The position numbers and the translations under genes are program-made. Below are positions 57,299-64,000 of a stretch of 64,000 nucleotides of DNA, piece by piece. Location of the stretch: the sequence record MT701590.1. The stretch is one strand, 5' to 3'. Source of the DNA: Klebsiella phage Miami. The notes beneath the pieces were generated by a model. It was not told the DNA's origin. It ran no database searches and worked only from the letters and a program-made list of their open reading frames with translations. Position 1 is the first letter of the stretch; the number at the start of each line of letters is the position of its first letter.

Positions 57299-57609
57299 AG
57301 ATTTATGCTGTAGTTAGTAAGGAAACCGATAATGTGATCGCTCAGTTTCTCGATCACGGGACGGAGAAAGTCAAGTTCAATGGGATCAAATTGGGGATCT
57401 TGGATCAACAGGTTCATCCAGATGAAAGAGAACTGCTGAAAGTTGTAGAGGTTTATCTTTCGTCGTCAAAAGGAAAGATGGATCAGACGAAACAACTCGA
57501 TCCAGACACGTTTATTGTTGAGACGCTCAGTTATTATGAGGAGGTCGATTTTGTCTATCTATCTCGTAACCCTGAGCATGACATCGCTCTGTGCACACCA
57601 AAGGAATAA
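57295..57609 (+). CDS. hypothetical protein (104 aa)
   Basis: ORF overlapping the upstream stop. Confidence 0.4.
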   Translation: MKIYAVVSKETDNVIAQFLDHGTEKVKFNGIKLGILDQQVHPDERELLKVVEVYLSSSKGKMDQTKQLDPDTFIVETLSYYEEVDFVYLSRNPEHDIALCTPKE

Positions 57610-57611
57610 CG

Positions 57612-57977
57612 ATGCCCGAGATTGTAACCGCTTTTAGTGCTTGGGAATCGAAGTTCGTCTCCAGCTTAAATGAAATGGAGAATTTTCTGAAGACTCCGCC
57701 CGAGCACACCAAAATCGAATCGATGATCAAAGGGACGAAACACGGTGTTTGGATTACGTTACTTTATTTCAAAGACCGGGACGTTGTTCTAGGGAGAAGT
57801 TTCTCTATCACCAAGTGCCCTATCTACGTTGCGAATAACGTCGTGAGAACCAAACTGATTCGTCATATCGCCGACCGTGGATTAGAGTCAATTGTTTCGA
57901 TGACTCGGTGGGGCGGTATCTTAGGAATGAGTTCCGCCACCACCATTCGATGTTTTAAAGAAACTAAAGCACAATAA
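57612..57977 (+). CDS. small protein with C-terminal HTH-like segment (121 aa)
   Basis: AAGGAATAACG Shine-Dalgarno before ATG 57612. SMTRWGGILGMSSATTIRCFKE resembles the C-terminus of the 56924 protein. Confidence 0.35.
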   Translation: MPEIVTAFSAWESKFVSSLNEMENFLKTPPEHTKIESMIKGTKHGVWITLLYFKDRDVVLGRSFSITKCPIYVANNVVRTKLIRHIADRGLESIVSMTRWGGILGMSSATTIRCFKETKAQ

Positions 57978-58008
57978 CCTTTCAATACCTTTATTTAGGA
58001 AAAATATC

Positions 58009-58536
58009 ATGGTCAAACATTTTGCAGAAGATTTTAAATTAATGCTAGATCTTCACCAGCGCGTACCAGTTGAAGTGCTCAGGACCTCAGACCAGGTTAA
58101 AGCCGCAGTTAAGGTTATCGTAGACACTGTGTCTAAAATCAACGAAGCTCACCCTAGCAAACTCTTACAATCAGGGTTTGCTATCACGGGATCTCATATT
58201 GCAAAAAATACTGATTTTGTTATTGAGCAAACCGAACTTAAGTTGGCATTATCAGAAATAGTGAGTTCTTCTTGTTACCGTGTAAAGATTGATCTGGTGA
58301 ACACGAAAAATGACTGTCCTTCCTCGGCGGACCACCACATCTTATCCGAAGCTATTTTACTAGCTTTGGATATTTATGCCGTCTCCCCCTCTGGGGTTAG
58401 AGTGAATGATAAGCCTAAACCCAGCCTGTGTTTAGCAAATCATTTACAAGAAAGTTTTAAAATGTATTCTTGCGAAGCTTTCGTCAATATCAACCCCTAC
58501 GCGATAGACATCCTCTTCCCTATCGTTTCATTATAA
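58009..58536 (+). CDS. hypothetical protein (175 aa)
   Basis: ORF with AGGAAAAATA Shine-Dalgarno. Confidence 0.4.
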   Translation: MVKHFAEDFKLMLDLHQRVPVEVLRTSDQVKAAVKVIVDTVSKINEAHPSKLLQSGFAITGSHIAKNTDFVIEQTELKLALSEIVSSSCYRVKIDLVNTKNDCPSSADHHILSEAILLALDIYAVSPSGVRVNDKPKPSLCLANHLQESFKMYSCEAFVNINPYAIDILFPIVSL

Positions 58537-58567
58537 TCAAAAATCTCCGTGCCCTACCTAAATAAGG

Positions 58568-58921
58568 ATGAATAAAATGAGTACATTTCTGTTAGTTGTA
58601 TCCGGCTGGTTCGCTCTGTCTGTTATCTGTGTCGCTGGCTACTCCTTCGTAAGAGAGGGGTGGAAAAAAGAAGATCTCTCTTGGTCGGAGTTTATTAAAC
58701 AAAGCACGATCTGCGCTAACGTCATTAAAGACAAAGCGGCACATAAACCTCACGATGTGACGTTGGCGGATTTCTTAAGCTCCGAAGAAGTTAAACCTTG
58801 GTTAAAAGGTTTTGACTACGACGTTGAAGAGAAAACCGATTCTTACGTTATTACGTTGAGAACCCCGTCTCACGCAAGAGATTTTCTGTTACCACGACAG
58901 CTCTTTCCTAATGCCGCATAA
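58568..58921 (+). CDS. membrane-anchored protein (117 aa)
   Basis: N-terminal transmembrane segment TFLLVVSGWFALSVICVAGYSFV. Terminator follows. Confidence 0.4.
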   Translation: MNKMSTFLLVVSGWFALSVICVAGYSFVREGWKKEDLSWSEFIKQSTICANVIKDKAAHKPHDVTLADFLSSEEVKPWLKGFDYDVEEKTDSYVITLRTPSHARDFLLPRQLFPNAA

Positions 58922-58924
58922 AAC

Positions 58925-58979
58925 AGTATAGTCCATCCCCTAGGGGATGGACTATACTCAACATTTCATTTTTTTTTTC
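58925..58979 (+). terminator. intrinsic terminator
   Basis: Stem agtatagtccatcccc / ggggatggactatact, followed by a T9 run. Confidence 0.55.
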
Positions 58980-59070
58980 ACTAACGAATTTTATGCTTTG
59001 AAAACCGAGTATGTGGGACGCCGCATAAACGTAATCATACATGTATGCTTATTGGTGAAAAGAGGACATT

Positions 59071-60708
59071 ATGACCACACCAACCAAATTACCGATTCCC
59101 AGCAATAACTTGCTGGATTCGAGATTTAACTTTGAGAAGTTAGACCAGATAGTTAATTCCGATGCCAATTATTATACCGATAGATTCGGTAAGAAAAGAT
59201 TTACTTTTAATGGAATATATCTCGCTTTAAAAGGATACTTTGATACTTTAAAATCAAATTTATCTTCAGACGAAGGATATAAAGAAATAGGCGGGTTTTT
59301 TAGTGCTGAGGGACCGGAACAGATAGGCTATCAAAAATATTCCATTTTTGATAGAGTTTTCAAAAGAGGGATGTATGAAATTGATCAAGGGCCTGGAGAT
59401 CCAAAAGGAATTGCCGGAATAACATTTGGTGGGGAAAATAATAAAGGGACGATCCTACTGGATGAAAGAGGGCGTATTCAAACCTATTCCGTAAAAGAAA
59501 ATGTTATTACCGCCGCAAGGGTAGCCATTCCCTATGGAGAACTCTTTGGTCAAGGACCTAATGCCAGTAACTACGACGGGCACATCGTCCATTTCCCTTT
59601 TCCAGGAGGAGAAGACGACAGCCTACATTCGTCTTTAGTTTTTATTCCAAACCAATTAGGCGGTTCTGACGTATGGGTGCGGGGACCGGGGGCGTACGGA
59701 AATTACGACGTTCCTTATCCTAATGCTAAAAAAGTGATGTCTAAACTCGCCAAAGTTAATGATCTTCCACCGGCTATATTAAAATCGAGTACCAACTATA
59801 GCAGCTTTGTTAGCTCGGTAAGTTGGAGCCTGCTTTTTGTTTTAAGAACCGATACTGTTGGACCTATTTTTACCGGTGTTTATATTTCTGGAAACGTTCT
59901 TAGTAATGCGGTATATAGTTATCTCATAGAGGTTAACAATGTCGGAACTTTAGCCCCAACTACAGCGACAGCTAAAGATGTGATGAGGGTGACTTGTCTT
60001 AGGGACCGAGGCGACGCCCAGTGGAGTACCGATAACCAGACTAAATTCGGTTACGTTTACGATAGTGCTAATAACACGCTTTCTTTTTATGCTAAAGATG
60101 CGATACGCAGCGATAACGCGACCTTTATTCCTTGGCGTTACACCGATCAAAATAGTGCAGGTGTTTTAGGCGTAGATGTTAAACAACCTAATAACACTTA
60201 TGTTAGCGTGGAGCCCACTGGAATTGTTTATTTAGATGTCAACGACGCATTAACGAACAACACTTATGTGGATCTAAATGATGGGACTGTCGTAAAGACC
60301 ACCGGTGCAGTGATAAGACTCACTAATGGCATTACTTCAAGCACCAAAACACCCATCACGGGATTATTCAAAAAGAACGATGATTATTGCGCTATTAACC
60401 GAGGATATTCCGGGTTAAATATTGTAACGGCAACGAAATTATCTACGGGAACCTATCAAATTACTGGGGCGACAACTAATAAGACGGGTATAGGGTGGAA
60501 ACTCAAATCCCCGGTTTTTTCTGGTGGGAGCGGGATTCAAAATATAGTTGGGAACATAGTTTCTGATACGGGAACTGTGATTACAATCGAAGTAAGACAA
60601 GTGGTCTACACACTTAATACTACGACTAATGCGATCACCCAATCTCTTGGTGATTTGATTGATATTCCTGCTGATTCATGGGTTGATATCCACACGTCAT
60701 TGAGGTAA
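59071..60708 (+). CDS. tail fiber or tailspike protein with conserved N-terminal anchor domain (545 aa)
   Basis: N-terminus PIPSNNLLDSRFNFEKLDQIVNSDANYYTDRFGKKRFTFNG is paralogous to the N-terminus of the 62513 protein (DIPSNAAVDLKFNSEQFDRVMNSDDLTYTDRFGKKRITMKG). Ser/Thr/Asn/Gly-rich body. Confidence 0.6.
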   Translation: MTTPTKLPIPSNNLLDSRFNFEKLDQIVNSDANYYTDRFGKKRFTFNGIYLALKGYFDTLKSNLSSDEGYKEIGGFFSAEGPEQIGYQKYSIFDRVFKRGMYEIDQGPGDPKGIAGITFGGENNKGTILLDERGRIQTYSVKENVITAARVAIPYGELFGQGPNASNYDGHIVHFPFPGGEDDSLHSSLVFIPNQLGGSDVWVRGPGAYGNYDVPYPNAKKVMSKLAKVNDLPPAILKSSTNYSSFVSSVSWSLLFVLRTDTVGPIFTGVYISGNVLSNAVYSYLIEVNNVGTLAPTTATAKDVMRVTCLRDRGDAQWSTDNQTKFGYVYDSANNTLSFYAKDAIRSDNATFIPWRYTDQNSAGVLGVDVKQPNNTYVSVEPTGIVYLDVNDALTNNTYVDLNDGTVVKTTGAVIRLTNGITSSTKTPITGLFKKNDDYCAINRGYSGLNIVTATKLSTGTYQITGATTNKTGIGWKLKSPVFSGGSGIQNIVGNIVSDTGTVITIEVRQVVYTLNTTTNAITQSLGDLIDIPADSWVDIHTSLR

Positions 60709-60711
60709 ATA

Positions 60712-62391
60712 ATGAATTTTTATTATGTCGATCCTTCTCTTAAAGTAGATGGAAACGGAACGCTGTCATCTCCTTTTAATTCGATGGATTCCTTGGTTGC
60801 TTCCAGCTGGGCGCATCCGATGACCATTCTTATTAAAAGAGGGACATCTTTTAAATGGTCGTATTTAAATAATTCCTTAGCTAATCTTAACTCTGTCTTA
60901 TTTTGTAACCAATCTGGAACGCAAAGCGTTCTTTCTTCTTATGGCGATGGTCCTCTGCCAATATGGTATCCGGCAGATGAAACAAAAAGACACACTTATA
61001 CCATATTTCAAAATTTTTACATAGGTGATCTTCAACTATCTCCTACCCCTGGCGTGGTGCAAACAATGGGGTATCTTTATGGTTGGATAAAGGGAGACAG
61101 TAATGGGTTATGTAACATGGAAATCGGTAATTTAAGATTTATAGGAACGCCTGAATCTATCGGTAAGTCTGCTGGAATGAATGAGGTGGCGTGTATATTG
61201 TTACAGGCGGATTACGTCAGTAGGACGAATATCGCGCACAAAATTTACATCCATGACATATACGGAGACCATGTTAATTGTGGAATAATGGTAAGAGGAA
61301 ATCCACATCTTTCCGATACCACTACTTTTTATGGTGATCAAAGAAAAAGTTATGGGGTAAGAATACTGGATATCTCTTTTACAAACATAATCAATTACGG
61401 CATCAAGCTCTGTGGCGCAACCAGTAAAAATAAAAATAAAAATGTGAGGGGGGATGAATGGGAATCCGGATTCGATGGGGTTTATTACTCTTCTTACAAA
61501 ACAAACGTTTATAATCCAAACACCGATCCAAAAGGTTCAACTGGTCGTGCCGATGTTCCCATTTGGATTACTATGTGTTCTTATATCACGGGGCAGAATT
61601 TCGAGATTCACGGATCAGGGCCTGGTCTTCCCGATAGACAATCGTTGGATTTTGATTATCATACCAACAATTGTACTTTTCGATATGGGTATTGTACTAA
61701 CAACGCCAGAGGTCCGATGTTTATACAAGGCCCTTATAGCAACTCTTGGTATGCTGCACAAGGATATACTGCGCCGAGCTCGGATCCGTACACTTTATAT
61801 AAGACATTAGGGTGCGGTGTAATAAATAATGTCATTGAATACGTGACGTTCTATAACGACGGAATCGGCAGAACCGACGAGGTTAGTACATTTAAATGGA
61901 CGAAACCACAAGTTTATCGGTATTGCTATGACAACACCATCAGAAACTGTCTTTTTATCGATTCAGCCACCAGAACGGGTGATAACATTGTAGGGGCGAA
62001 CCCTCAGACTGATGATGATGCAACCGCTAATTCTCTTAGCATCGATAGCTGTATTTTTTATTGGAGAATAAGAGACGAAAGCGATTTAATCTCATCGTCT
62101 GTTGTGACGTCATTTGGAGCCTTACTCCAAAAAATCAGTTTCAAAAACTGTTTGATTTTTTCTAAGTCGTGGGCTACCACGCCATCATTACCTGGCGTGG
62201 TTACATCGGGAATCCTTTACGCAGATCCTAAATTTAAAAATGAAATCCCAACTGTTCCTCCTTCCGGATTTAAAGAAGCGATGAATATTTTGAGGTTATC
62301 AAGTAGTTCTCCTGCTTTATCCGCGGGTACCATTAATCCGAATCCAGATAGTTGGGGCAACACAGGAAAAAATATAGGGTGGGAACAATAA
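60712..62391 (+). CDS. right-handed beta-helix (pectate-lyase-fold) protein; depolymerase-like tailspike lacking its own anchor
   Basis: Starts 4 nt after the upstream stop. N-terminus YYVDPSLKVDGNGTLSSPFNS is the canonical YYV-GNG-PF start of pectate-lyase-fold proteins. Asn/Gly-rich repeats (NCGIMVRGN..., NNCTFRYGYCTNN). Confidence 0.55.
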   Translation: MNFYYVDPSLKVDGNGTLSSPFNSMDSLVASSWAHPMTILIKRGTSFKWSYLNNSLANLNSVLFCNQSGTQSVLSSYGDGPLPIWYPADETKRHTYTIFQNFYIGDLQLSPTPGVVQTMGYLYGWIKGDSNGLCNMEIGNLRFIGTPESIGKSAGMNEVACILLQADYVSRTNIAHKIYIHDIYGDHVNCGIMVRGNPHLSDTTTFYGDQRKSYGVRILDISFTNIINYGIKLCGATSKNKNKNVRGDEWESGFDGVYYSSYKTNVYNPNTDPKGSTGRADVPIWITMCSYITGQNFEIHGSGPGLPDRQSLDFDYHTNNCTFRYGYCTNNARGPMFIQGPYSNSWYAAQGYTAPSSDPYTLYKTLGCGVINNVIEYVTFYNDGIGRTDEVSTFKWTKPQVYRYCYDNTIRNCLFIDSATRTGDNIVGANPQTDDDATANSLSIDSCIFYWRIRDESDLISSSVVTSFGALLQKISFKNCLIFSKSWATTPSLPGVVTSGILYADPKFKNEIPTVPPSGFKEAMNILRLSSSSPALSAGTINPNPDSWGNTGKNIGWEQ

Positions 62392-62401
62392 TCTAACAAT
62401 T

Positions 62402-62450
62402 ACTACTGGTCGGTATTTCCGACCAGTAGTAACCTTCTCGATTTTATGCT
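62402..62450 (+). terminator. intrinsic terminator-like hairpin
   Basis: Stem actactggtcgg / ccgaccagtagt with loop tattt. U-rich stretch about 15 nt downstream. Confidence 0.45.
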
Positions 62451-62512
62451 GATCTAAATTCAGTAGACTTGCGCAAGTCTTTACAATTTATTTATTCATA
62501 AGGAGTAACCTC

Positions 62513-64000
62513 GTGGCTACAACTCCAACTACGGGTGATATCCCCAGCAATGCTGCGGTGGACCTCAAGTTTAACTCGGAACAATTCGACCGAGTGATGA
62601 ATTCTGACGATCTGACTTATACAGATCGGTTTGGTAAAAAACGCATTACGATGAAAGGTGTACAAGAACTAGCTAACGGGTTCCAGGATACTTTCACTAA
62701 TCTGCTGGGTTCTCCTGACGGGTTCAAATTAATCGGCGGAGTTAAATCTTTTGATACTTTAAGATCGACCCCGGTGAAAACGGAAGGCCAGCGTATTTTT
62801 CTTAAGTCTTATTATGAAAACGGCTCTACCGGCGGTGGTATTTTTATTGGTCATATCGGCACTAAGTTAGATGACGGCGGTACTGTTGCCCAGGGCGTGG
62901 GCTTTTATTGGGAAAGGGTTGGGTCAGAAATAAAACTCGCCGATTACGGGATTTACCAGCAAAATATTTCCGTGGGAACCCCCGTCGACATGTCCGGATT
63001 ATTGCAGAGTGCAATAAATCAAGCGATTTCTCGCAAAACCCATATCGTTACAGGCATGGGAAACGAAAACCATTATATAAAATCAGGGATTTATATAAAA
63101 AATGGGATTACCATAACAGGACTCAAAGGGATCACGGGTCCGCTCCCATTATTTCTAGACTCATCTGTTTTCTCAGGAATAACAGCGCCTGGGTACAGTG
63201 TTCCATGGGCCCTAACTAACCTTAACGCCACGTACGACGCTACAGGAATGATCTTCGGGACATCGATAGGAAACCAGTTAATCGATTCAATAACGATAAG
63301 AGATATTAACTCAAGACATTCCAAATTGGGCGGGCAGCTTCATACATTTAGCGGAACGGTAATTAGAGGGGCTTTATGTTCAACTGGTTTCGACGGGCCA
63401 GGGGTTTACTTGTCGAGCTGTTATGATTCGTCAATTCTTGATGTCCGGGCCATCAGTTGCGGTAACACGTCTTATTGGGGTGTTTCTTTCGAGAGTTATC
63501 CGGCATCAACAGCGTCAACATTGGATACTTCCAATCACTTAACCGTTGGGTCTGTTGAAGTTCACGATTGTTACGACAAATGTTTAAACCTGAATGCTTC
63601 TTCAAGCATGATATCTCATATCCATGAAGAGGCTTCTTACGTCACCGACACCACTACTTGGTCTTCGGCGACGGTCTCGACTAATGGATTTGGATGGACC
63701 AACACCATTCTTTCCGGAGCCTGGTCCGTTTATGGAACAGTTAGAATTCTTCCTACTTCTTCTACTGACAGTAATCACGTAACGACGATCGTTTCTGATC
63801 AGCTAGAAATAGGGTCGATTAACACCACGGGTAATGTCAGTCTCCATTTCTCGTACACGACCGTAAAAAGGGGAATCTCCATAGGTACGGCGGATATAGC
63901 AAAGAATCTCTATGTTACTTCCGATGTTCCTGGAGAAATAGGTTACTGTCAATTGATAGGCGATGCGTCCGTAGCCACCATCTTATCTAACTCATTAAAT
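62513..64000 (+). CDS. tailspike or depolymerase with N-terminal anchor and pectate_lyase_3-like domain; 3'-truncated by the window end
   Basis: GTG start 7 nt after AAGGAG. Anchor-domain paralogue of the 59071 protein. DYGIYQQNISVGTPVDMSGLLQSAINQA matches the DDTxAIQxAI-type motif of pectate_lyase_3 tailspikes. Open to the end of the window. The ORF-track entries 62908-63219 (+) and 63091-63324 (-) overlap it in other frames. Confidence 0.6.
   Translation, partial: MATTPTTGDIPSNAAVDLKFNSEQFDRVMNSDDLTYTDRFGKKRITMKGVQELANGFQDTFTNLLGSPDGFKLIGGVKSFDTLRSTPVKTEGQRIFLKSYYENGSTGGGIFIGHIGTKLDDGGTVAQGVGFYWERVGSEIKLADYGIYQQNISVGTPVDMSGLLQSAINQAISRKTHIVTGMGNENHYIKSGIYIKNGITITGLKGITGPLPLFLDSSVFSGITAPGYSVPWALTNLNATYDATGMIFGTSIGNQLIDSITIRDINSRHSKLGGQLHTFSGTVIRGALCSTGFDGPGVYLSSCYDSSILDVRAISCGNTSYWGVSFESYPASTASTLDTSNHLTVGSVEVHDCYDKCLNLNASSSMISHIHEEASYVTDTTTWSSATVSTNGFGWTNTILSGAWSVYGTVRILPTSSTDSNHVTTIVSDQLEIGSINTTGNVSLHFSYTTVKRGISIGTADIAKNLYVTSDVPGEIGYCQLIGDASVATILSNSLN

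Noticed and set aside
62908-63324. ORF-track entries 62908-63219 (+) and 63091-63324 (-)
   Set aside because: Both overlap, in other frames or on the other strand, the open tailspike reading frame that starts at GTG 62513. That frame shows clear pectate_lyase_3 motifs and runs to the end of the window.
1-64000. CRISPR arrays, diversity-generating retroelements (reverse transcriptase plus TR/VR), integrase or attachment sites, self-splicing introns or inteins
   Set aside because: No spaced direct-repeat arrays, no RT (YxDD) ORF, no tyrosine or serine recombinase motifs, and no interrupted conserved genes were seen.

Overview
This 64-kb window reads as a contiguous block of a large, probably jumbo, tailed dsDNA phage of an enterobacterial host. 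Genes are tightly packed, many are translationally coupled, and almost every transcription unit ends in a GC-rich hairpin plus T-run terminator. Four modules are visible.

(1) Replication and head genes, 1-17 kb. A T4 gp41-like DnaB helicase on the minus strand. A 728-aa putative major capsid protein with extreme host-optimal codon usage. Several large unassigned structural genes. A tandem triplet of small glycine-zipper proteins that share the capsid gene's codon bias. A 988-aa portal-like protein with a very acidic C-terminal tail.

(2) Baseplate and tail-fiber genes, 17-39 kb. An overlapping spanin-like pair. Four consecutive tail-fiber proteins of 900-1200 aa, the first three sharing an N-terminal domain and all four a collar motif. 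A gp5-like baseplate spike.

(3) DNA metabolism and accessory genes, 39-59 kb. A Rad50/SbcC-like ATPase, a signal-peptide SLT lytic transglycosylase, a HAD phosphatase, an NAD-dependent DNA ligase, RNase HI, an orphan HslU-like AAA+ unfoldase and a RuvC-like resolvase. A small-ORF island follows. It holds a 2H phosphoesterase with Acb1-like (anti-CBASS) geometry and a DUF2829/Tad2-like (anti-Thoeris) protein.

(4) A second receptor-binding cluster, 59-64 kb. An anchor-domain fiber, an anchorless beta-helix depolymerase-like spike, and another anchored pectate-lyase-like tailspike truncated by the window end.

The strongest candidates for new biology are the glycine-zipper triplet inside the head module, the putative anti-CBASS/anti-Thoeris island, the HslU homologue with no HslV partner, and the multi-spike receptor-binding apparatus. 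All functional calls come from motif recognition by eye; no database searches were run.
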